DNA from: Podarcis melisellensis
Lineage: Eukaryota
Length of the DNA: 64,000 bases
Direction: 5' to 3' (one strand)
NCBI GenBank assembly: GCA_964234715.1
Contig: OZ174278.1
Position 1 is the first letter of the stretch. Each line of letters starts with the position of its first letter. Positions 38,321-49,525 of the stretch are shown here, in pieces. A program made the position numbers and the translations under genes. The notes under the pieces were generated by a model. It searched no databases and was not told the origin of the DNA. It saw only the letters and a program-made list of their open reading frames with translations.

Positions 38321-41300
38321 CACACATAATGCAGCCACATCAAATTATCGCTAAATGCATAAATTGGTTTTCTTTTGTATCAAGCAACTCTTACGACATC
38401 TGTTTAAAACAGGACATTGCATAGCAGCATGAAAGAGGCAGAAATATTCTGATTTATATAAATATACCAATGTTGAATTCACATGAGTTTATACAGGTTC
38501 TTCGGTTAACACAATTTAATTATTTAAATCAATTATTTATATCCACCTGCTTGAAGATATGCTGTGCTTTCAAATAACTTGATAAGAAGGTGTCAAACTC
38601 AGATTTCTACTCAATTTACCAACACCAAAATATAGTTAACTACTGTATTGCAATCTCCTTTTAAATGACATTTGTCTAACTTTCACTCTCACGCTTGAAT
38701 ATTCACCACTAGTATTCCAATAAAAAATCCCCTACCAGTCTTTGCTGGAACTGCAAAGCAGCTTAACCTAAACAGCATATATTTAATTTTACTAGTCACT
38801 ACACCATTACTTTCTAACCTTTGGTACAAAATTGTGAATATAAGCAATATATTTAGTGTAACTATAAATTACTCCCCAAACCTCCTTATATATTGTATCA
38901 TCCCTATAGAAACAGAACCTCAGAGATTAAAGTGTGTGCACACATTTGTATAGATTCTGAAGGTAAAACACTGTTGCTGCAACAAGTTTGTTAGCCAAGT
39001 AGAAAAGGCTTAATCATCTCCTATCATTGTGCGATTTCTGTCCCCCTCTCACCTATTACTAGCACAGCTCAAGTACATAAACATGAAATTTCCTGTTTAT
39101 ACTTGTGCTATAACTGAATAAATCCTGCAGATATCCCTGATATGCACCAACCTGCCAGGAATTTTCCCTAAAAAGGCATAAAGTGAGGCGGGGAGGGGGC
39201 AAACAGAGACAGAAGACCAATTTTTGCTCTCTTACATAAAATCAACCACCTGAACTTTACTTGCTCCCAAACATGTGCTATGGTTTCAAAATTTATAACA
39301 TTTCTCCCCAAATCCTCAAACACTTTTTCAAAAGGCCTTAATCACTGCTTTGAGGTAGCAGAACCTCTTAATTAGGGAAGCAATCGTGGTTTACACGGAT
39401 GCACACATAAACACACACATGCTTTTCATTCCCTTCCTTGGTATCTAATATAGATAAAACAAGGCACAATACATTGGGAAGTTCCAAATGAACTGAAGCT
39501 GTGTAACAGCATCTATTTTTAAATTATACCTTTAGCATGCACTTACCCAATGTCCATCTTTGTGGGTGCTAGTCTTTGTCATTGCCACCACCAGATGGTG
39601 ACCTAAAAGATAGTACGGGCAATATATTCCCATAGGTAGCAACATGTTCTATGTATTGCATATGGGGGGGGGGGGAGTCAAACATTCTTCCAGTCCCAGA
39701 GCCCTATAAACAGCAGCTTGTTTCCTCTTCCTTCTCTTCAACTACAGAAGCAGAAGATAACCCTGTCCCTCAAAGCTGAGCTACACTTTCTGATTCCTCT
39801 GATGAACTATTCCTTAGGCAAAACACCCAACATAATCAATGGGTCCATGGAGATAATTTAGAGGAAATCACAGCTACCATTCAAATTGAACCACCACTTG
39901 AAAATGACATGTACCATACGAAATACTTGGGTATTCTAACTAGTTTGCATGTAGTTTCCCAGTGCAGAATACCCACACCTTACAATTCAACATACTTTGA
40001 ACGTTGATTACTAAAACATGAATCATGTAGACATACCTTAGAATAGGTCAGGCTCAGATGAACTTGTAAAATACATAACCTCCAATAGCAAAACCTGTAA
40101 CCTCAAGTTGCAAATCCCTTTTTTCACTTCCTATGCCACACTGGACTACATGACAGTGGCTCCCCAAGCTTTTACTGTGGAAATCCACAAACAGAATGTA
40201 ATCTTTGTTGAGGGCCAATCCCCTGTCCTGGTCCCACCCTCTGACTCAGATGGTGTTCTTTGTCTTCAGCATCCACTGCTGGAAGTCTGGCGATTGACTC
40301 ATGAGAGGATGTTGACTTACCATTTGGGAAATCACCACCACATCATTAAAACAGCTACAACCATTTCTTGATAGAGGCAGACAACTTCCCTGAAACACGC
40401 CTCACTTTCCCCTTCAAACAGCTTTCTTCCTATGACAGGTGACTATATGGAACAAGACCTTGGGAAAACGTGGAGGGGGGCATGGGCCCCTGCACTGATC
40501 TTTGCAGCCACCATAACAATCAATTTTAAAAGGCATGAAGTATCACGTGACTACAGTGTGCAGTAGAATCAATATACCAAATGCCTCAACAGTTCTTACA
40601 CAGATTAGGCTAGGAAACCTCGTTTCTGGGCACTGAATGTGGCCCTCCAAGCCTCTTCCTCTGCCCTTGTTCAGCAGCCTCATTAAGTGTGGCTGGAATG
40701 TGTATTTCCACTCTGATAATAATGATGCTTGCTTGTCTGGAGAGGATAGAGAGGGGGGATGTACAAACTAGCCTACTGAATGAAGGCAAAATTTGTGTTT
40801 GTTCCTCCATCCACTTTTTCATTTCACTTCACACACTGTCATGTGACCCTTCCAAGGTTGCTCAGAAGAGAATGTGGCCACTAGGATGGAAATGATTCCT
40901 TACCCTCAATATAAATTAAACAAAGCAAGATGGCAAATGAATGAAGTTTAGAGACTAAAACTCAGGCTATCAGAGAACTCCTAATGTTGTCCTTTGTTTT
41001 TTAGGAACACCTTTCAAAATAGGCCAAAATGCATAACACTTTTAATAAAATAGATTAGATGCCTCTTTATGGTTAGAAAATTCTTGCAGAACATCTGTGT
41101 GGAATCTTGCCTTGAGATTGTTTCTCAAAACCCATCTTCTACATTAAGCCTTTGGTGCAATCTTCCAGTACTCAACCCCTACCAAATATAAACTTAATTA
41201 GACATGGCTGAACTAACTGCACATTCCTATTTACCCTCTTTATTTCTCCCCTCCTTACACCGCCCATGGCAACCATTTTGTGCTGACACTCATGACACTT

Positions 41301-41819
41301 TTATCAAAATATGGGTACTTAATCTGGCACCTCACTTGTTTTTGAGGCAGATTCTACAGCAAAAGCTTATTTCATTTTTTCTACCTAAATAATAGCCCTC
41401 TGAGGTTCATGAACATAGGGCAAGCTTTATCAACTTGCACTCTGTGTCTCCACACAGAGTGGAGATGCAGAAGGGTGAGGAAGAGCTCTGCTGAGTAAAT
41501 CCAGGGAGTATTCCCTGAAGAATATTCAGCACTGCGCTGCAGCAAGGAAAGTCACTTTGTATGTTCATCTTTTGATGTGACAAAACCAAAGTACAGTGGG
41601 CACCTGCATTTATTATTTTATTCTCAAACTTAAAATAAACATAGTAGTAAGTGACAAGATAACCTATCTTTCACCACCCAACTTCTCTTTTAAAAGGGGG
41701 TAAAAAACAATTAGAATAAATAAATAGCATTGTTACAAGTTTTTAATTTTCCAGTTTGGAATATTTTCATCCTCAGCATAGGCAACTGGCCCCGAAAACA
41801 CAATTGATAAAAGCATCTT

Positions 41820-41910
41820 GCTAAAATGAGTCACAGCTCTGGCTTGGGATTTTTTTTTTTTAAGGTGTCCTATTTCTTTGACTCATACTTTCATTCCTGG
41901 GAATTCCCCT
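41820..41910. promoter_or_regulatory. AP-1/AP-1/TEAD/NF-kB composite enhancer
   Basis: TGAGTCA 41827-41833, TGACTCA 41879-41885, CATTCC 41892-41897 and palindromic GGGAATTCCC 41899-41908. Confidence 0.6.
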
Positions 41911-42174
41911 TCAAACATTAATTTTTGAAACAGTTGCAGTACGACAAATAATTTTATGACAAACGAAAGAAGCATTCAACACCACCCATGAAAACCTCAA
42001 ACCTATATTTATAAACAGAACTCTTCCAATAAATCATTTACAAACACGACAGACAAAACAGATTTAGAAAAATCCAAGGTGTTTTCTAGTCTACCAAAAC
42101 AAGATACAAGTGGAACATGCAACAGTGTTTGAAGAAGATGCTTCATACAGTTGTCACATGACAACGACTACAGC

Positions 42175-42213
<39 letters not shown>
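42175..42213. repeat. (ATA)n microsatellite
   Basis: Directly visible. Confidence 0.97.
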
Positions 42214-42278
42214 TTTTCTTAAATCACTGATGAAAGTCTTTTATGCAACATACTGTAAAGGAAGGCAATTTCACTTAC

Positions 42279-42830
42279 CTGTGATCTAAGGTATTTTCCT
42301 CCCATGAGCTGGATGATATCAGTTGATCACCTGACTGTAGTTTGAGAGAAGGAAGTCAGCTGACCATCTTTTCAGGCTGCCTTAAGCTTTAATACTTCAT
42401 AGTACTTTGTCATGTGAGTCAGGACAGAACCAGCTGTCACTGCTTGGGGGGGAAGGGGGGAAATGGGCCCCTCTGTTCCCACCCTCTTCCTCCTTCTCTC
42501 TTTCTCCTACCCCGCCCCCATCCTCATTCCCCGATCCATTCTTCCAACTTTTCGCTCGTTCACAGCTTGCATGGCTGGGGTCTCTCTCTCTTTCTCAGCC
42601 GAATTCCACAACATACAAGCATTTCTCTGCATCTTCAGGTTTCTACACACACACACACACACACACCACCACCACCACCACGAAATCAGAGAAAAGGAGA
42701 AAAGGCACCACATTCCACAACTCTCAGTCAGCCCTGGCAAGCTATGAGGCATTTTCAGTCACACAGTACAAAATGCATTAGTCAGAGCTGAAAGACCACA
42801 CACTTTGTACCACTACCATGCGCTCAGAGA
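42279..42830 (-). ncRNA. Putative distal first exon of the miR-221/222 host gene
   Basis: Perfect donor CAG|GTAAGT at 42279/42278, with promoter-like sequence immediately upstream and a locally raised CpG content. The 5' end is approximate. Confidence 0.5.
42645..42681. repeat. (CA)n(CAC)n compound microsatellite inside the putative distal exon
   Basis: Directly visible. Confidence 0.95.
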
Positions 42831-43030
42831 GTGGTCTGAGCTAAGCTATGGGGGGGAGGGGGGAGCAGCTTCCTGTGCCCTTGTCATTTTACCTACATTT
42901 CCCTGTTTAGGAAAAAGACATTCAGCAGAAAAAGGCAACAGCTGGAGTCCACTGTAAACGCATCTGCTTAATGTTGAGACGTCTCAGCCGCCCTATTCAG
43001 ATGTCACGTCCTTTACGTAAACACCCCCCC
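42830..43030 (-). promoter_or_regulatory. Putative distal promoter
   Basis: G-rich KLF/SP-like tract at ~42849-42863, ETS core CTTCCTG, palindrome TGAGACGTCTCA 42975-42986, GTCACGTC, and PAR/bZIP-like TTTACGTAAA 43012-43021 overlapping forkhead GTAAACA. Confidence 0.45.
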
Positions 43031-43206
43031 AACAAGCAGAATGTATTGTTCCAAGGACTGCAAGACATTATCTAAATCAGAACTCCTATCTCCCCGATGT
43101 TTCGTACTTTAGGAAGCCGAGGAAACAAAAGTGGAAGTAATGCAACGTGGTTCAGATTTTCCGAAACCACATATATTTTCAGTCCTATTCTTTGCCTTGT
43201 TAACTT

Positions 43207-43239
43207 GTATCTATATCTATATCTATATATATATATATG

Positions 43240-43270
<31 letters not shown>
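43207..43270. repeat. (TA)-rich/(CA)n compound microsatellite
   Basis: Directly visible. Confidence 0.95.
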
Positions 43271-45691
43271 CTAAAAACATTTATGACATTTTCTGGGATT
43301 TCTGAGACAAGTTCTCTCCCCACCCCTTCAGAAACTCTGACCAGAAGAGAGACTTCAGTATAAAGCAGAAAAATGAAAAGAAAATGCAACATTCCTGATC
43401 CAAATGATCTAATCGTTCATCCATCTGCTCTCTGCTTTGCCCCCCTCCTCTTGATTCCCCTTATCTGTTGCCTGAAGGCAAGTTAGCGCTATGCATACCA
43501 GTTCAGAAGGAAATCAAATGCCACTTTGAAAATCACACTCTTGGGGAGAAAACCAAGCAAAGCACATGCAGTTGTCTGTTAGAGAATACTTGCACACAGC
43601 CCAGACTTGGCATCCCCGTTCTGCACGGGGACTGTCCCTAGTGGACTCAGTTATTGTCACTGGCTTTTTAAAAATGAGGAGGAGGAGGAGGAGGAAAGTA
43701 CCATTTGCACTAGGATTTTTCTTTTCTTAAGAAAGCACAGGTTTTTAGGACTGAAAACTTGAAACCAAGCATAAGAAAGAAACTTTTTTTCTCATTTCTG
43801 CATGCTTACAACAGGTAAGGGTTCTGCAAGCAAATTTTTAAAAAAATGAAAAAAGCATGAGAGATATGAATATAAATATTTTCCACATTTCTGTATCACA
43901 TAGTTTCATACACCGGTGCCTTGATAGTGTAAGCACTCACAACTGGCAAAAGACAGAAACTGGTTTTCTTAAATGTACCCTGGAGAAGTAAAGCGATGTA
44001 CACGTCTACTTTGAAGTAAGATCTACTAAGTTCAATGGGATTTAGTGCCAGGTAAATGGATATAGGATTGCAGTCTAAAGCTACTCATTTGGCCGTAGCA
44101 ATAACTCTTTGTTTTGCTAATTTATTTTCCTAACAAAGAATCAAGAAGAGGGGGTTAGAATAGTGTTATTCTCCAGCAATCATGAAAAACTAGCGTCTTT
44201 ATTTACTTCCAAAACCAGTAGTAGCTGCTGCTATGTAGCTTTTTAGCAAAGGAAAGCTATTGCAGAAGCAGCTCTGGTACTGAATAATGTCAGCATTATA
44301 ATAAAAGCAGCCTGATGAATAATTCATGGAGCAAGGAAGTACCCTAGCATTAAATGGCAATAGATAAAACAGATCTTTCACTCCCCAATTCCGCTAAATA
44401 TTTAAGTGGAACACTGAAGCCATGCAGACTGAGTACAATGGGAAAACATTTTGGATCATTTTGTATGATGCTAGCATTCTTTGAGTAATATTTGAAAGAA
44501 TGGGAAGTAAAAGTAGAAGACAGGAATTGCAGTTGCCATGGCCAAGGCCCCATACATGGAATCCCTAACCAGTACAATGCTTTGCTCATCTAAACTGAAA
44601 TAGGAAGAATGCACACAATATAAAACAGCTATTAGGCTACATCATAGATATACAGACATAGGACTCATCCTGTGACAGACTGAGATGCCAACTGTGTTTC
44701 ATTTCTACTCCGGAAGCACCATTATAGGAGCTAAAAAATATCATTCACAACATCAGGGATCAACTCATTCATCTCTTCACCTTTCAATGTTATAAATGCC
44801 TACAGTTATCTTCCCAGATCTATGGCCTAAGGTTAGTCTTCAATCTTAAATTTGAGAGCTTTAGTAGCTGTGTTGACCAACACTGCCTGAACAGGAATGT
44901 GAAACCCATTCAGCTTCCAAGTATCTGCTGCTGGGCTAGAGACAATTGAGAGTAAACTGTAAAAACCACCCAAGCTCTATAGATCAAATAAATTCTTAAG
45001 AGCAGATGGCAGAGAAGCAAAGTACTACTACTTCTCTTTAATACAGAAAATGCAGGGTATTTGCCTCCCTTAGGCAAATGTTTCTTGTCAAAGTGTGCAT
45101 GGTCTAATGTGACCTAAATATTGAATAGCAATATGTCAGATAATAATAAAAACTCCAGACATTTTTTGGGGAGTGGGGAGTCAACAACTTCCACATGAGA
45201 GATCCCCAACTTCCTATAATTTCTTTGGAATGATAATTTTCAGCACCTTCACTAAGAGCAAACCATATTGGCTCAGTTGAGCTCTGTCCACGTTCTTTAT
45301 TTAAAAGCACTGTGAATTTTCACACTACTAACTACCGGTACCTGTCAGGATTTCATCTGATTGTGACACCAGTGTAAATCAGACTTGCAGTATTATATCC
45401 CATCTACCTTTCAGCTTTTAGAACTGCATTTTTCAAGTTGTTCAGGTTCAGGTGACACCATTTCTATTTGTTTTGCCCGCCAGAGGTTAACACCGGATGA
45501 ACTGAAACCCTCCTTCCACTAAAATGTTACTGGGCTTTTTAAACACTTGCTTTTATTTTCTTAGAATACCTTGATTGATTACAATAACTCCCTGTTCTGA
45601 ATTTCATCTAAACAAAAATTCTAGGTGAGTCACTTCTGCCCAAAGTATGACATGAGCCTAACAACACTCTCCCTACCTGTGCTCCCCAGTA

Positions 45692-45865
45692 CAGTGGTAC
45701 CTCAGGTTAATAACTTTGCTTCAGGATGAGAACAGAAATCACGCAGTAGTGGCGCGGCAGCAGCGGGAGGCCCCATTAGCTAAAGTGGTACCTCAGGTTA
45801 AGAACAGTTTCAGGTTAAGAACAGACCTCCAGAACGAATTAAGTTCTTAACCCGAGTTACCACTG
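45692..45865. mobile_element. Tc1/mariner (Tigger-like) MITE
   Basis: TIRs CAGTGGTACCTCAGGTTAA and TTAACCCGAGTTACCACTG, flanked by TA on both sides. Confidence 0.85.
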
Positions 45866-46004
45866 TAATTGGTATTCATAGGTCTCTGGTCCTGGAGATA
45901 ATATAGCCATCCTAGGTAGTAACCATTCACTGTGTAATTCCACATAAATTTGTCTAACCGCCTTATAAAGTCATCCTAGTGGATGGCTATCCTAGTGGAT
46001 GGCT

Positions 46005-46345
46005 ATCACTGTAATAATAATAAATATAAATAAAAATGTGCACCCCACCCCCAAGACCAGTCCATTGTAACTATCCAACCTCCCAAAATTTCCACGCCTC
46101 TTGCGATGGTTTGACCCCTTTCTGTTTTGACAGTACTGTACAAATTCTACAAACACCTTCCATATCTTCTCAAAATCATTTCTCCTGCATATTCCCCACC
46201 TTATTATAGCACGTGTTAATTTATCATTAATAACTATATCCCACACCTCTTTATACCACTCTTCCATTTTATATTCACCTTGTCCCTCCCACTTCCTAGC
46301 TATAATAACTCATGCAGCTGTCAATAAATTTGTGATCAAGTCCTT
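46005..46345 (-). mobile_element. 3' fragment of an L1/Tx1-like LINE
   Basis: Minus-strand peptide ..ARKWEGQG...EEWYKEVWDIVINDKLT...FEKIWKVFVEF resembles an L1-clade ORF2 C-terminus. Confidence 0.7.
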
Positions 46346-48939
46346 CATAGCCTTACATTGTTACATCTTAAGGACAATGTTACCTCAATACCTGAAACCA
46401 AATGTAAGTACCCAACAGGTAGTCAAGGGCAAAAGTTGGCAACCTCCTAGATGCTGCATTAGTGTGAGAAGCACAGAATTAGTTAGTCTGAAAGCCACTG
46501 CCCTCCTCTCATATCCCGAGAGGGATAGCCCCTGAGCAGTCTCCGATAGACAAAACTCATCATACAAGTAATGTTTGTAGTTTTTAATGACAATAATTTT
46601 AATAATAACAACAAAGAAATTTTGTTGATCGTGGTTCACAAATATGATCGTAGTTCTTGGAAACAGAATGCACTCCTATTTCTCAATTAAAATTAGAAAA
46701 CCTTTTGACATTGTTTTTGTGTAATAAGTAAAAGCAAACATGCTGCTCCCAAGAGTTATGCTCTAACTGTCAGGTTCCCCAGATGCATATTTAACTTTCA
46801 CACTTTATACCAGTGATTTCCACAGCAATCATGCAACATTTCCTACAGCACTCATAATGTATACTACTGCCCTTAGTCATCATTGGTTTCTGCAAAATCC
46901 ACCACTAGGTATTTTTCAATGATCCTTGCTGTGTTATCACTCTCTCCTTCAAAAGAAAGTATTTTGTAACCATAGCAATATTTCCCCACCCTAATATTAT
47001 TTCCCACTGCTTGTGCTAGATTTTTGCACTTAGCAACCACAGCAGCTCTTATTCGAAACTGCTAATATCTCCAACATTTGGAAGCTCTTTAACAAAATAA
47101 TTCTTATCTATAGACACTGCATTCCCAGCTTTATGCTTTCAAACAAATCTAATAAGCAACCTATATAGAGAATGAATTCAGCATTTATATTATAAAATGT
47201 GATGTTTCAAAAAATATGTTACACCTGTTTTTATCTTTTCCACATGGCTTCCTACAAGACTCTACCCATATTTTGTTAAAGGTGATGGATTCCGAATACT
47301 GAAATTTGTAGATCAATACATTATCATTACACTTATTTTAGAGGCTCCAAAAGTTTACAGTGCATTTAATGTAATTTCCTCTCTCACTCTTGCCTTGTTC
47401 AGGATTCCAAGAACTTAGAATTTCAAGTTCAGTCTAACCCAGCACCACAAATGGAATAAATATTTTTAGTAGCCCAGATTTTCCAGCACCATCATGCCCT
47501 GAGAACTATCAACACTTTTCACCGCCAGATAGTTCACTGTTTTCAGCTGCAAAACAACCCACATTCCACAAACCACCTGCTCCTCTGAATTTATCTAACG
47601 GCCCCCAAGTCTGTAATGCAAAGTTTCCCTTCTCAAGCAGCATTTCAGCCACAAGGGTAAGAGACAAGAGCTCCATATATTTCCCTCTATAAATGGAGAA
47701 AAAGGTGGGATAATGCAGTATTGACTGCGGAAATGTCCCATGGGGGAAAAGCTTAAGCACCTTCTTCCCCTTTCGGGCTGGATTTGCAGTTTCTACTGCT
47801 GTTGTTCTGTTTAAAAAAAAAAGTTGGGAGGCAGACAACTTCACCCTTAGACAAGTGATCTGAGAAACTGAAGGACACTTTATCTAACATACAGAGGAGA
47901 AAGTAGGAGATCGCTAGTCCCACTATGCTATAACACAAAGCATTCTAGAAATCTTTGGGGAGGGGACACCTCGAAGGTAAATATTCTTGCCCCTCTCTCT
48001 CCCTGTTCTACAGAGTTTAGTAAAAAATCAGAAGCACTCGCCTCTCGTCTAAAATACGACAGTTCAAGCTATTTGTACTACTTAAATCTGCTGTATGAAT
48101 CCAGCTGCAACCAGGCTTTCTGGGATTGTGCACACATTTTAATAGTTTCCTATAAAATCCATATATAACAGTGACTGTATTATATTATACACTTTAGTCT
48201 GTTAGATATCATACACATTATTGAACAAATGCACCCTTGTTATGTATGCTAATACTAAATGCAAGGAATTTATTTAAAAACAGTTTTAGAAGGAAACATT
48301 CCACTCCAGCAAACGCTTTCTGACTGTTCACAAGTCAACATTCATTATTAATTTTTAGGAACCACACCGGCCCTATCTCCAGGTTTATAATGTGAGGATA
48401 AAGGTAAGATGCATTAGAGAGAAGAGAAAAGAAAGCGGAAGGTTAAATGCCATATAATCTCAAAAACAAGTTTAGGGAACATTTTCCTTCAGCTACTAGC
48501 AACAGCATTCATAAATTCAGCTGAATGCAACGCAGGGGGGGAAATTCACAAACTCTATCCCCCAATGCTCTTAACTAATGTAGAATTTTCCTCAAAAGCT
48601 ACTCATTTTTTCTTTCATTTTATTAAAGATTTGCAGAAATTGAACTTTACAAACATGTAAGAGCTTTTTATTTGCCTGAGAATGCTAGTGAAATACTTCT
48701 TTATTTCCTTTATAAATGTATCATAATTATCTACAGTTGAACCTCTAAAGTCGCTATTCTGGGGTGGAGAGAAGAGAAATTAGCTGACCCACGAGAAGCA
48801 AATTAAAACCTTAGCATGGATGCTAATGAAACAGCATTCATGCTCTGTTACAGGAGGGTCTACAAGTTCAAATCAATTTGGTTTTTATACTTTCTATTTA
48901 CATTAGAAGCACATGCCGCTTTATAGAACTTAAACTCAC

Positions 48940-49525
48940 CAGGAGCGATGCCTCAATGCCTTCCATATGAGCTGCATCAGGAAGATCTTGGGCATCACAT
49001 TTTGAGACAAAGATGTGCTCTCCCAAGCCCACATCCCCAGCATGCCCGCACTCCTGTCTCAGCAACATCTATGCTGGTTTGGTCATGTACACAGAATAGA
49101 AGATGGCAGGATCCCCAAGGACATCCTCTACAGGGAGTTGGCTTCAGGCACTAGGTCAATTTGGTAGACCACCTCTGTGTTACAAAGATGTCTGCATATG
49201 TGGCATGAAGGCTGGCAACATTAACCCAACAGTCTGGGAACCCCTTGCAGACGATCACAGTGCCTGGAGACAGTCAAGTTGTGTTCCCACAGCAGTGACC
49301 AGAGGAGGAATGATGAATGATCGCTGGGAGGAGCACAGAGAGAAGGAACACCATGGTGCACCTGTAGCAGCAAAACCGGATGCCTTCATCTGCCCCAGGT
49401 GAAACAAAACATGTCTGTCCCACATCGGTCACTACAGCCACAGCAGTTGCTGTAATTCTCCAATGGTTGACATTACCCCCGAAGGCACACTCTTCCATTA
49501 ACTCCTGAGACAAGCAGATGCCAAC
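48940..49525 (+). mobile_element. RTE-clade LINE 3' fragment
   Basis: Peptides ERCLNAFHMSCIRKILGI, LCWFGHVHRIEDGRIPKDILYRELASG, GRPPLCYKDVC and a terminal CPxC..C.SHIG..SH zinc-finger-like remnant. The element is frameshifted. Confidence 0.9.

Noticed and set aside
42407-42791. Overlapping 81-125 aa ORFs at the distal promoter/exon
   Set aside because: They are low-complexity translations of CT-rich and (CA)/(CAC) repeats (poly-HT, poly-T, poly-H, poly-W).
45973-46006. Short direct repeats (also ~26581-26612, ~35256-35290, ~58378-58403) as CRISPR-like or functional arrays
   Set aside because: Each has only two units and no spacer series. They are typical slippage or retro-insertion junction duplications in a eukaryotic genome.
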